This document shows, in pieces, positions 13,093 to 27,447 of a DNA stretch of 64,000 bases. A program made the position numbers and the translations under genes. This DNA is from Octopus vulgaris. Its lineage: Eukaryota. Below the pieces are notes generated by a model. That model was not told where the DNA came from, did not search any database, and worked only from the letters and a program-made list of their open reading frames with translations. The stretch covers positions 10,354,001 through 10,418,000 of the forward strand of contig OX597814.1 in assembly GCA_951406725.2 (NCBI GenBank), written 5' to 3'. Numbering within the stretch: position 1 is the first letter of the stretch; every line of letters starts with the position of its first letter.

Positions 13093-14549
13093 CTCATACA
13101 CGCACACACACAGATGCACGTGCACGCGCGAGCACACACACATATACATACAAATACACACACCGATACACACGCTGACACTCATCCATCCATCAGTTTG
13201 TTGGTCTTATACCGATTTAGGGATCTTATCTTCGAGGTTTAAGCTCTTCGCCTTTTCTGAACATTTTTATTCCGCCTAATTGTATCGCACAATTTTATTG
13301 ACTGGAATAAATGATGTAAGGAGAAACGGATCGGGATGATTTTTGGGTTGTTTCTTTTTAATTGGGTGAGGTGTCTCTTTATTGGATAGTGGTGGTGGTG
13401 GTGGTGGTGATGGAGATGGTGGTGATATGGTCAGACTAAACAGTTCTTCATTGCAATTGCTGTTATTTCATGTTTGATTTTATTATTAGTGTTGGTGTTG
13501 TGCTCGGAGCAGACATAGTCTTAGTAGTTGTGCTTGTGCAGGTGGTGGTGATGGTGGTGGTGGTGGAATATGTTGTCTCTATATTATTTTTGTTGTTTGA
13601 TCTGGTGTTGTTTCTTTTCTTCTCCTCATAAGAACTCCTGGTCATGATATTCTATTCATTTATTCCGACGTTATACACCTAGGAATACATTTTTCAATGT
13701 GTCCTTCCATATCGTTGCTAAGATCTTGTGGATCTTGGATAAGGAAATGCTGTCAAAGGTGTGTCTGTTTGTAATTCAGCAAATATATTATCAAAGGTTT
13801 TCTAGTCGAGAGTCCCTCATTTCTTTGTTCAGGCATAGTGTATCTCGGTCAAAGTTATTCAATGAACATTTCCTGCTTTAAAAACAGTAGAGTTTATCTG
13901 AAAGAAATATTGCTTCGTATTTTCATCAGCTTAAGCGGTCAATTTCTTTGTTTGTTTCATCCATTCCTTTGGGTACTGTGTTGCTGACACTAAGAAAGGC
14001 TTCTGTACAAGCAAGGAACTATCTGGGAGTGTTTGTAGTGAGTTTGAAAACGTTTGGAAATTAAGTATTTCAAAGTGAGATTAGTTGGTTTTCTTTAGGG
14101 CATCTGTAGAGAGCATGTTTCTCCATGGAATGATTATCTAAGTCCTGGGGTAGAATCTTCCATATTGCCAATGATTGTACGAAGACCAGGCCTAATTTTA
14201 CGAAGGCCCAAAACATCTCATGTTATGAGCACAGAAACAACAAAACATCTCATGTTATGAGCACAGAAACAAGGAGGAGATTTCCACACTTCGGCTTGTC
14301 TTCTCCCCTCTAAATTCCTTTGCTTAGGGTACAGTAAATTGCCGAAGTTCCACTTAAGAAATGTGTTCATATACATAAATACACTTACGTATACGCACAC
14401 AGATAGGCAGGCACACATGCATATACGTATATGTGTTTATATATATATATATATATATCAAATAAGCCAATACATAAAATTAATTAATTTATATTATTTT
14501 AAATATATATCAAATGTATTAAGAGTTTAATAAAAGATAATGAGTAAAA

Positions 14550-14618
14550 CACGACGATCGTTTCATGGCTGTCCAATTCGTAATAATTCGAGTTATGGTT
14601 ACAGTCAATCTTTAGGTG
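14550..14618 (-). ncRNA. Degenerate type I hammerhead ribozyme motif (G5A)
   Basis: Minus strand: CAC-CUAAAGA-uUGACUGU...ACAGCCAu-GAAA-CGAUCG-UC-GUG. Helix I is CAC/GUG, helix III is the palindrome ACGAUCGU, and the cleavage triplet is GUC. Confidence 0.6.
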
Positions 14619-15129
14619 ATTGAAATATTTATCTTAGCGAGGTTTAGCAAAATTTATATATATATATATATATACATACACACTTGTTTGCTCATCCATA
14701 TATCATACACTTTCGGCTTAGATAGTTTCATTTCTATTCACATACACACACACACACACACACGCACGCACATACACTGAGGTATAGGTATTTACTTGAT
14801 ATAAATCGCTATTGTTTACAATCATCTTTCTTTCTTTCGGAATTATTCCATATTAGTTTTGTGACACGCGTGTCAAAATCTGAAAGTCCCACGCACAAAA
14901 GGAAGGGTTCACATGTCTCGAGAGCTTAAATGCTTTAATCAAACTGTCCAGTATAAATGGCAGGGATGTAAATGGAAAAATAAAATTTTACAATATCCTA
15001 AAGAGAAGCAAACTGCAAACCCTCCAAATTCCCATTTTGTTTCGATGTTGTAATTTGCTTCTTTCTTCTTAAAATGTAAGAAAATATGAACATTTCTTCG
15101 TTCTGTGTTATCTTTTCTTACATTCCTAA

Positions 15130-15235
15130 CAAATCATCATCATCATCCTCATCCTCATCATCGTCATCATCATCGTCGTCATCGTCGTAGTCATCATCAT
15201 CATCATCATTATCATTATCATCGTCATCGTCATCG

Positions 15236-15270
<35 letters not shown>

Positions 15271-15277
15271 GTCATCG

Positions 15278-15314
<37 letters not shown>

Positions 15315-15355
15315 TGTCGTCGTCGTCGTCATCGTCATCGTCATCGCCATCATAG

Positions 15356-15386
<31 letters not shown>

Positions 15387-15400
15387 TATTATTATTATTA
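15130..15400. repeat. (CAT)n/(CGT)n microsatellite
   Basis: Read directly from the sequence. Confidence 0.95.
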
Positions 15401-16014
<614 letters not shown>

Positions 16015-16351
16015 CTATTCTATCTATTATATATATTTGTTTTGATTTGAAACCAATTTCGTATAAACTTTTCTTTTACATTCATGTAGGTGTATATATG
16101 TGTTGCCTGTACGTGTGTTCGTCTGCGTGTGTGTGTGAGAGAGAGCGCGCGTGTACGTATGTTCGTGTGTGTGTGTTGTGTATTTATATATCATTATATT
16201 TATAAATGTGTACATATATTTATATAAGTGAGTAAAATATATTCTTTCAGTTATATTTTCAGACTTCCGATCAACACCAGAAAAAGTTGGGTTCCAACCT
16301 GAAGTAAGGTATCTCCATCGAAATTTAGACAGTATCAGCTAGGTTACTCAT

Positions 16352-16851
16352 ATATGTATGTATGTATGTATGTATGTGTGTATGTATGTATGTACGTATG
16401 TATGTATGTGTGTATGTATGTATATGTGTGTGTGTATGTATGTATGTGTGTATGTATGTATGTGTGTATGTATGTATGTATGTGTGTATGTATGTATATA
16501 TGTATGTATGTATATATTATGTATGTGTGTATGTATTATGTGTGTATGTATGTGTGTATGTATGTATGTTTGTGTGTGTGTATGTATGTATGTATGTATG
16601 TATGTATGTATGTATGTATGTATGTATGTATGTATGTATGTGTGTATGTATGTATGTATGTATGTATGTATGTATGTATGTATGTGTGTATGTATGTATG
16701 TATTTGTGTATGTGTGTATGTATGTATGTGTCTATGTATGTATGTATGTATGTATGTATGTATGTATGTATGTATGTATGTATGTATGTATGTATGTATG
16801 TATGTATGTATGTATGTATGTATGTATGTATGTATGTATGTGTGTGTATGT
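16352..16851. repeat. (TATG)n/(TG)n compound microsatellite
   Basis: Read directly from the sequence. Confidence 0.95.
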
Positions 16852-17250
16852 AGTGCACAGCCTTTCCTCACTTAAAAAAATATTTTCTTGCACAGGCATT
16901 GCACGATAACAACATTGATTAAGCTTCGTGCAATGGCCATACTCGATAACGAGGGGGCAGCCACCATGTATGTATGTATGTATGTATTTAAACATGCGCA
17001 CGCACACATATTCTTCTATGTCTATGTGAATTTATATGCTATACATCTTGAATAAAATACATGATGCATGGTTTTGTGATTCAGAGTATACGATTACATA
17101 TGTATGTATGTATCTATCTCTATCAATATATTGATACTCACACACACACACACACATACATATATACATATAAGGAAATAATTTTATGCTATATAATAAT
17201 ATAGCATGAACAAGATAAACTATCCATATTCTACAAAAAATTCTGTCGGC

Positions 17251-17323
17251 AGCCAGCCATGAGACTGGAACTCACATCCCTAAGATTACGCGTCAAGTGC
17301 TTTACCATTAAGCTAAACTGCCC
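17251..17323 (-). pseudogene. tRNA-like sequence (Thr, CGT-like) followed by a T6 terminator
   Basis: D arm GCTT-AATGGTA-AAGC, loop CGCGTAA and T arm GTGAG-TTCCAGT-CTCAT. Acceptor and anticodon stems are imperfect. TTTTTT lies about 10 nt downstream. Confidence 0.55.
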
Positions 17324-17385
17324 CAACGATAGATTCTTCTGCAAATTTAGGATCTATAAATCTAGCTTTATAAGACGCTCTCGTA

Positions 17386-17486
17386 GTTGAAAGTCAACAA
17401 ATAAAGTTTGCTTTAGAAGCGTTGAGAGGTACTGAAAGATACAGATAATCTCAACGCTTCTAAAGCAAACTTTGTTGACTTCCAAC
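17386..17486. repeat. Inverted repeat/hairpin (~38-bp stem, 21-nt loop)
   Basis: gttgaaagtcaacaa(ataa)agtttgctttagaagcgttgaga pairs with tctcaacgcttctaaagcaaactttgttgacttccaac. Confidence 0.9.
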
Positions 17487-17536
17487 GTAACTTGAATTTA
17501 ACATACATACATATATATATATATGTGTGTGTGTAA

Positions 17537-17601
<65 letters not shown>

Positions 17602-17658
17602 TATATTTGTGAATTGAAGAAATGGAGCTGAACGCAGATTGAACAGAAATCGTTTTAT

Positions 17659-17745
17659 TTCATTCTACACGTGTTTCGAAAGGCACAAATTACCAAAATC
17701 CGATGGAATAATGGGACCATATTGTGTCTTTCTCTTCAGGAAGAA
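17659..17745 (-). ncRNA. Canonical type I hammerhead ribozyme
   Basis: Minus strand: UUC-CUGAAGA-GAAAGACACAA[loop]UUGUGCCUUUC-GAAA-CACGUG-UA-GAA. All core nucleotides are present, helix II pairs at 10 of 11 positions, helix III is the palindrome ACACGUGU, the cleavage triplet is GUA, and AATAAA lies just downstream. Confidence 0.8.
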
Positions 17746-18339
17746 AATAGGAAATCCGTTGGAAAAACAAAAACAGAACAGAGACGGAGCAAAAACAAAT
17801 CGAACTATGCTCCTAAGAGCCCATGGCGAAACTGTTTATCAGTGTATGTTGAGAACCGGTGGCTGAAGAATTCAACGGGTCAGGCATCGGTCAATCATGT
17901 GGGTGAGGGGGCGTAGATGTTCTTTGTGACCGAGAATAAAGTTCTGACTATTTAAGGAATATTGGATGTTTTATAAGGGGCGAGAAAAAATCTACTTAGA
18001 GACGTGTGTGTGTGTATACTGTTCTATATACGTGTGTGTTGGCGTAGGGGTAGAAAACATTTTTTGTGTACGTGTGTGCGTTTGATCGTTCGGCTGTCAG
18101 TGGCTACTGCCGTGATGACCGTTGGGTGGCAGAAAAAATGTTCTAATTTCAATTATCCGCACCAACGCACGGTTGCAACACCATATGGTTGTACCTCCAA
18201 CCGTGCTGTTTTACTGCTGTGATTTTTGCTACTAAGGTATCGGTTAAACTTTTGATTAATCTACTACAAGATTATTCATCTTTCTATTTCACATAATATA
18301 TAAATATATATATATATATATGTATGCAAGTATATATAT

Positions 18340-18375
<36 letters not shown>

Positions 18376-18383
18376 ATATATAT

Positions 18384-19640
18384 AAGATCTCTAATGTAAG
18401 GTCTCTAATAATTGTAATATTGACAATGTAATTTATAAATGTATAGTAAGCTCTAAGAACAATAATAATAAAAATATAAATAATCTATATATAGGATCTA
18501 CAGCTAATCAAATTAAAAACAGAATCTCCCATCACTACCACACTTTCAAAAATCCTAATTTAAGTAAGTCCACAAGTTTTGGTAAATATATATGGGAATT
18601 GAAATTTAGAAAAAGAGAGTACATCCTTTGAATATAATAGGTAGAGTCCACTCTTATAAGATTGGAGATAAAATGTGCTTATTATGTATAACAGAATTAA
18701 TGAAACTGCTACAGTCTAGAGATAAATTTCTGAATATATACGATGAAAGAGGAGTTAAATGTAGACACCAAATTCATTTTACTTTAAATAAAATGAAATT
18801 CTGAACCATCCCACTTGAATCTAATAACCACACAATTTTGATTTCTACAGTAGTTGAATAGATTATATAAATAATCAAATAAATAAATTAATTAAATATT
18901 GTGAAATATTATATTATAACAAATTATATAAATCCCTCAAAATAGTTGGATAGAATATAATAAGAGAAAAATATAATTTAATTTAAACTATGTATAGTGG
19001 AATTACCACCCTTAGAAATAATCACCTATAAATTCCCATAGCGTCTTGCTATATTCACTTCCTCTAATCGCCATTTTGAATGACACCTTGGCCCATCACA
19101 AGGGGATATGTATCTTTATTTTTCACATTTAATCAAAGACATCTTCATTCTCATTTATAAGTTTATATTCTATATTTGTCATTCTAAGTTTGATATATGT
19201 ATGCTAATTTATATTTATAATTTATAATTTTTAGTTTTTTTTTATTTTGTAAAGCTTGTTCTTGTTTTTTTTTAATTTTTCAAAGTTTCTTAATATTAAT
19301 ATGTAATTTAACGCTTAGTTTTTAAGTAAAATAGCCGAACAATATTTTGAAAAATGAACCTGAAGATGAGTTGGTAGAATTATAAATCTTATGATTACAT
19401 ATATTATCATCTTCCAATACTGAAGTTCTTTTCGAATGGTAATTTTAACTTAAGTAAGAGAAAATTAAAGAAGTATATTTTATGTCCTGCTATTGTACTG
19501 GTTTTATCCTCAAGTATTATTTCTTGATGTGCATAAAAATACCACGAGTGTTCTATCAAAAATACTCAATATGTTATTTTTGCCATTATAGGAAATGGTA
19601 TACCCGCAAATCTATAGAATGAAATCCCAATAACTGAACT
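18384..19640 (+). mobile_element. 5'-truncated Penelope-like element (endonuclease plus pLTR with degenerate HHR at ~19357-19440)
   Basis: The GIY-YIG remnant is followed by a 3' region containing CTGAAGA...ttggtaga/tcttccaa...TGAAG. Both ends lie in (TA)n. Confidence 0.75.
18395..18804 (+). pseudogene. GIY-YIG endonuclease C-terminus of a Penelope-like retroelement (frameshift near 18630)
   Basis: Manual translation: CKVSNNCNIDNVIYKCIV...LYIGSTANQIKNRISHHYHTFKNPNLSKSTSFGKYIWELK / NIIGRVHSYKIGDKMCLLCITE...FLNIYDERGVKCRHQ...*. It shows the VIY-YIG motif, R, CxxC-E, N and CRH. Confidence 0.85.
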
Positions 19641-20264
19641 ATATATATATATATACTTTATATATATGATTTAACCTATTAAACAAATTCATATTTATGT
19701 AAATGGAGGAGATTAGATGTTAAAATGGATTATAGTTTTTATTTCTCATGTTGCTATACAATTTGTTTCGTACAGAAAGACAGAGATATTAATAACAGAA
19801 AATCTGAGTTGTCAGAAAATACCCGTCGGTAGCTTGGATAACAACTAAAATGACGTTAGAAGTACATAAGTTTGATGTTAGTAATGTGTTCTTCTTCTTC
19901 GAGTCATGTCTATTTTAAACAAGACTAAAAAAATATAAACTGGGTGCTGATATATAAAATAATATAAAAATATTAGAGGCTGATATTCTCTCTATGAATT
20001 TCTATATATGTGTTTATTTTAAACTTCTATAAATGAGGTAAAATAACTGGTGAGGCTGTATTTTGTTAGGATAGGAAATCCAAATGAGGAAGTAAAGAAT
20101 TTTCAAATACAGAAAACTAATATTTGTATTTAACGGTCAATTATCATTACGACGAAATAAATAAATAAAAAAATAATGTTTAATAGTAATCACTAATAAT
20201 TTCAGGTTTATACAATTTATCATTAAAGCACTTAATTGTAAATAATAGGTCTATTATTGTTGTA

Positions 20265-20905
20265 TTTAGGAATGGTCATTTTGCCAGTTTAGCCAATAAA
20301 AAGACACGCACTATATATCTGGTGTTACTTTACTTCAGCGTTATTTACTTTTTACATTAATCTTAATCTTATTTCGGCCAGAGTTCTTTCGTCTCACTCC
20401 TGTGACCACATCAGTGGTTCTTTGCTTTCTTCTTTCTTATTTGTGTGTTTCTCCTTACTAACGGTCAGCCATTTTGTATTTTGCATTCCTATTGTATGTG
20501 TCTTCATTTGCGCATGCGTATGTGTGTCTATGTTTAGTTAGTGTGTGGGAGGGTGCCTGTAATATTTGTATCTCCTGTTTATATACGTTCGTGTAATTTG
20601 TTTTTGTTTTTGTTTATTTTTTATTTTTATTTTGTTCTTGTGTTTACACCTACTTATTTATTTATTTATTTATTTAATTTTTATTAAAATTTTTTTTTAA
20701 TGTATATAATTATTTACTTCCATTTGCTTATTATGTTTTTAGTTTTGTTTATATTGTTACCAGTTTATGGGGATCTTCTTCTGTCATAATAAAATACACA
20801 GATAAATAAACAAATGGAAGTAAATAACTATATACATTAAAAAAAAAATGTAGGTGTAAACACATGAACAAAATAAAAACAAACAAAAATAAACAAGATA
20901 TACAT
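20265..20905 (-). mobile_element. Penelope-like pLTR-derived element with HHR motif (20378-20417) and internal inverted repeat
   Basis: Minus strand: CCA-CUGAUGU-gguCAC agga GUGagac-GAAA-GAAC-UC-UGG. About 20570-20733 is the imperfect reverse complement of about 20804-20904. Confidence 0.6.
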
Positions 20906-20933
20906 CGGTCGGAAAATATGTTATCTACATATA

Positions 20934-21372
20934 GGCGTGGCTGTGTAAGGCGCAGGCATGCCATAAGAAGCTTGCTTCCCAACCATATGGATCCGAGTTC
21001 AGTCACACTGCGTGGCACCGTAGACGGGTGTCTTCTGCTATAGCCTCGAGTGGACGAGTGTCTTCTACTAGAGTCTTGTGAGTAGATTTGGTTGACAGAA
21101 ACGAAAAGAAACCCGTCGTATTCATGTGTATGTGTGTGTCGGTGCATGTTTGTGTATGTGTTTGTCACCCCCCCCCCCAATCACAACCTGACACCCGTTG
21201 TTGGTGTGTTTACGTCCACTAACCTAGCGGTTCGGAAAAATACCCATAGAATAAATACAAGGTTTTAGAAAAAATAAGCTCTGGGATCAATTTGTTTGAC
21301 TAAAACCCTTCAAGGCGATGTTCTAGCATGGCCACAGTCAGATGACTGAAACAAGTAAAAGAATAACAGAAT
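20934..21372 (+). mobile_element. SINE family A
   Basis: Collinear with 1919-2342, with a small internal duplication near 21028-21075. Confidence 0.88.
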
Positions 21373-21378
21373 TAAAGA

Positions 21379-21411
<33 letters not shown>

Positions 21412-22214
21412 GTTGTATTCATATGTATTTGTATGCACAAGCGTAAACGCACACATACAGAATGGCAATCATATAATGACCGTCCCTCAATGCCAGATAT
21501 ATACAAAACACGATTGCGAAGTGTACGTCTTGATATATGTAATTTTATATTTGGACAGGAGTTTAGTCTTATAACAAATAACTTACAGGGTAATACTCTT
21601 CCGTGTGCGCATTAATGAAATACACTTTGATTTTTTTTCCTAATCCAAATAGCAAAGTGTGACGTATATTGGCGTGTTTGTTTTGAAATAAATATATATT
21701 CTTGCTGAGCGACTAATTAGATTACGTGTCAACAAGGCACCACAAATATTTTGGCCATACTTAGTCAAGCTGACCTCAAGAAATGTATATGAAAAGACTG
21801 CCAAACATAGTTATATCAAGAAACATCTCTATATCTATCTCGTGCACGAAAAGTGTGCGTAAGTGTGTGCATGAGTGTGCACATGTGCCTAGTGTAAATA
21901 TATACGGTGGTGGTAGGAATAACAAGTTGTGACATCGAAGGCTTTCTATGGGATATAAGCGGTTTAAAGGAAACAAATTGGCGCACAAACCTTTAATCGA
22001 TAGCACTGGCAGCGATCAGGCACCAATCTTGTCTTACACACTTCCCAGAGTATCACAAAATATCCTGAACAAGAGTTACTGTTAAACGCTATAGATTTGA
22101 TGAAAGGCGAGGCAAATACAAGAGAGGAACATTTTTCTATGTATTGATAAACTTTATATACAAAACAATGGCCAGCCTATAACAACAAGCAAAAGACGAG
22201 AACAAAGAAGATAC

Positions 22215-22805
<591 letters not shown>

Positions 22806-23577
22806 TGAACGAATAGAAAAAACATGAAGGCGAAAAAAAAAGACAGGAAATAAAAATGCAAACCAAATTTACAGGAAATTCATTACTGCGCTTTTTAGCG
22901 TGACCTTCGATGTAATGGATCAAACACACTATGAAGAAGTGAAGAGATATCAAATAATGTGTATCTCGGATTTATATGCATTTAAAGGCTTTGCAATGTG
23001 AAAGGTTTTGTGAGATTTTGGGGCATGGGGGAAAAAAAACTAATAAAAATAAATAAGAAATCCAATAACAGATTGTATTATGCTATATAACAAGGTACCA
23101 TGCTTTCAGCTCGGCTCAGAAATGACGCCTGGTTTATTGAATTAATTTACGTAAGCGTTATCTAGTTATCTAGTTTAACTCTTTTAATATGTTCGCTTGT
23201 GTGTGTGTGTGTATGTATGTCGGTATGTGTGTGTGTGTGTGTGTGTGCGTGTTTGTGTGTGTGAATGTAATGTATGTATGTATGTATTTTGGTGCTTCCC
23301 CAGCCAACATTAATCAATGATGTGCGATGAATTGTCATTGTATTGTTGTTTCATTCGATTACTGAATTACATTCATCGCAAATACACCACAGACTGGATA
23401 ATATGAGGCATAATAAGATAATATACATAGAAATAAATGTGTGCGTATATGTGTATATATATATATATATGTATGATTATATGTATATATATATGTGTGT
23501 GTGTGTGTGTATGTGTGTGTGTGTGTGTCTGCGTGTGTGTGTGTATGTGTATATATATGTATATATAAATATCAATG

Positions 23578-23611
<34 letters not shown>

Positions 23612-23639
23612 CACACATATATATGCATACAGACATATG

Positions 23640-23697
<58 letters not shown>

Positions 23698-24129
23698 TAT
23701 ACATATACTTGTATATGTATGTATCTTTATATATGTGTGTGTGTCTATATATATACATACATACATACATACATACATACATACATACATAATACATACA
23801 TACATACATACATACATACATACATACATACATACATACATACATACATACATACATACATACATACATACATAGACGCATGCGTGTATACATGCATACA
23901 TATAAACATCGTTGCTTGTCTGTCTTGAAGCTACCTCAAAGTTTCTCAAAATACCTTTTCCAAAGTATGTCCACAAACCTAAAAATAAAATCTCCCATGA
24001 TAATACATATAGAAAAAAACCCCGCAATTGTATTTACCCGCACAGATATGCACATGCATGCATGTGCATTAAACATATTTCGCTCTAAATTCTTATGGTG
24101 TCTCTACTGTTTTTTTTTTCTTTCTAAAT

Positions 24130-25130
24130 CCTCTATCCACAAGGAACTGCCCAACTATATATCCTCCATCTTTGATGATATTTGTCTCGCATTACTAGTA
24201 TCTGATGTTATCATCTTCGTCGGAGTCATTGTTCACAACTCATTTTGGTTCTCGCACTGTTCTTAGACATATGCAGGTTGTTGTATCTTACGTTTCTGAA
24301 CTCTCTGCAAAACTTCCTATCACCATTCACTCGAAACTTCCACTAAAACCAAGATACTCCCAACGCCTTTCCAAAAATAAATTATGCGGCTATCAATAGA
24401 CTATTAAGGACAAGTTTCCTTTAAATTGTAATCAGCAGTATTGGTTTCGAATTTTGATGAAAAAATCCCCCCCAAAAAAACAGTAAGATCAAAGGTGGGG
24501 GAAAATCGATTACATCGACGCCAGTGTTCAACTGGAAGTTGTTTTATCGAGCTGGAACGGATGAAAAGTAAACTCAACCTCGGCTGAATTTGAACTCGGA
24601 ACGTAAAAACGGGCGAAATACTGCTAAGTATTTGGTCCGGAATTGTAACGATTCTTTTCTACTCTTGGCACAGGGCCCGAAACATTTATGAAGGGGGTCA
24701 ATCGATTAGATCGACCCCAGTACGCAACTGGTACCCAATTTATATACCTCGTAAGTTAAAGTCGACCTCGGCGGAATTTGAACTCAGAACGTAGAGACAG
24801 ACGAAATATCGCTCAGCATTTCGCCCGGCGTGCTAACGTTTCTGCCAGCTCGCCGCCTTAATTAGCCATATTATTTATTGGCTTACTAACCATTTTGCTC
24901 GTTGTTGACTATTTATTTGCTTGCATTGTCTTTCCACCAAAGTCTTTCTTTTAGGTCAAATTATTAAAACCGAACATCATGCTCATCCGTCGCCCCGGTT
25001 TGAAAGCAAACATGTTTACTTTCACCAAACCACAACAATATCTATATGATCGCTACCGTGACACTCTAGTTATGTTACATGCTTGTCACTCTTCAATAAA
25101 CGTCTGTAGATCCTGGTACTGTGTTCAGTG
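24130..25130 (+). mobile_element. Possible highly decayed CR1/Jockey-type LINE fragment, interrupted by SINEs
   Basis: SDVIIFVGVIVHNSFWFSHCS*TYAG loosely resembles the GDFNxH motif region of the APE endonuclease. Weak evidence. Confidence 0.3.
24445..24860 (-). mobile_element. Head-to-tail dimer of SINE family B
   Basis: Two successive copies join near 24655. The second has an intact head aaggcggcgagctggcagaaacgttagcacg and B box gagttcaaattcc. Confidence 0.88.
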
Positions 25131-25349
25131 CTTTTTGTCTTAACCTAGGATTGGTGATGTAAATCGTAGCACAGTGCTTGAGTCAATGAAATTACTGATG
25201 TTGTTATTGTGGTGTGAAGGTGTTATAAATTTTTTCTGATTTTGTCAAGGCTGATGATCAAAACTTGTATCCGTATTATGCATACTCACGCACACACACA
25301 CATAAACACACATACACACACATATTATGTACATTTGTGTATATGTATG

Positions 25350-25416
<67 letters not shown>

Positions 25417-26287
25417 GAAAAATACAAACTGGGACAAGAACGATACATATACACGTATATATACATATTCAAACATATATACATATAATTATGTATACAC
25501 ACACAGACACTTACACACATATATATGCATATATATATAAGCATTTATATACTCGGATATGGCAGAGCTTGTAAACAGGAATGGAAGTCAGTACTCAATT
25601 CAAAGTGTATAAAGCACTGTATTTCATTTTAGTTTTCGTGTGCATGCTACATGTGCATGCGAATTCACACATTCACACATACATCTACACATTCACAGAC
25701 ACCCACCAAGACAACGGCACCACCATCATCAACAGCAACCTTAACAACAACAAACATCTTTCTTCACACATTTTCCCTTTAAAACCTTAAGCTCAAAGCT
25801 AAAGCTCGCAAGCTATATGACGCTGGTTAACAAGAAATGATTTAACCAATGGCCTTTTAACCCCGTGAAACAAACTCTAAAAACTAAAGAAAGAAACAAC
25901 CCAAAACAAATAAGAATAACCAGTAAACCTTGGTGACGTCTACAAGCGAATGCTGGCGACTCTGATTTAACTTGTCTAATAATAAACTATATTTTGATGA
26001 CCCGATTAAAAGACTTGCAAGAATGAAGATTAACTGCTAATTGCCACTGCACTGAGCGTGCAAGCATTTCCGAACGTCTTCCATAGACTTACTGGAGCCC
26101 GACGAGGCATCATGTAAGAGATGAAAAAGAATGAGCTTATATAGAATAAGCCATCCAAATATTGCCTTTTCTGGAGGGGGAGGGGTCTCGTCCCCCACCC
26201 TCATATAAGACCATCATTCCATACCCCCACCAATCATGACCCCTGTCCTGTACTATCCTTATTATTCTTATTCTATGCTTCATACGC

Positions 26288-26288
<1 letters not shown>

Positions 26289-26345
<57 letters not shown>

Positions 26346-26412
26346 CATATATATATATAAATATATATATACATATATATAAATATATTATATATATATA
26401 TATATATGTTTG

Positions 26413-26463
<51 letters not shown>

Positions 26464-26556
26464 TATATATACAATATATATATATATAATATATATATAT
26501 ATATAATATATATATACATATATATAAATATATTTATATATATATATATATGTTTG

Positions 26557-26619
<63 letters not shown>

Positions 26620-26632
26620 GTGTATGTGTGTG
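26289..26632. repeat. (TA)n-based microsatellite
   Basis: Read directly from the sequence. Confidence 0.95.
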
Positions 26633-27057
26633 AGTACGGAGAGAGATGGAGGAAGAGAGAGGGACATGCATTCTTTGGTGTTGTCGAATAACTTGTTGAA
26701 AAAGAACAAAACATTTACTGATGGTGGGACTCTATACATTAAATAAAATGTAATTTATTGATAATGTCGATTGGACTGGGAGCTTTTAACGGCTTATTCA
26801 ACTAGTTAGATAGATATGTGTTATGAATGTGTGTACAAACGTATTACACGTTCGCATGCGTTTGTTGTGTGTGTGTGTGCGAGTGTGTGCACTTATATGC
26901 ATGTCTATATGCGTGTATGTGTCCCTGTTTGAATCGGACATGAACACGAAACAACAACGCATAATATCAACGAGTGAATGATTAAGAAATAATGTTATGT
27001 GAATATTGGCAACAACAACAATCTAACAAAGGAGCTCCGATTCAAATGTCAAACATC

Positions 27058-27447
27058 TACATATACATACATACATACATACATACATACATACATACAT
27101 ACATACATACATACATACATACATACATACATACATACATACATACATACATACATGCATGCATGCATGCATACATACATGCATGCATGCATACATGCAT
27201 GCATGCATACATGCATGCATGCATACATACATGCATGCATACCCACACACACATATATACATATGTACATACATACATACATACATACATACATGCATAC
27301 ATACATACATACATACATACATACATACGTATACATACATACGTACGTACGTACATACATACATACATACATACATATACATACATACATACATACATAC
27401 ATACATACATACATACATACATACATACATACATACATACATACATA
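27058..27447. repeat. (TACA)n/(TGCA)n microsatellite
   Basis: Read directly from the sequence. Confidence 0.95.

Noticed and set aside
13650-14210. Possible exon or LINE ORF1 remnant on the minus strand
   Set aside because: Stops in the frames inspected and no recognisable motif.
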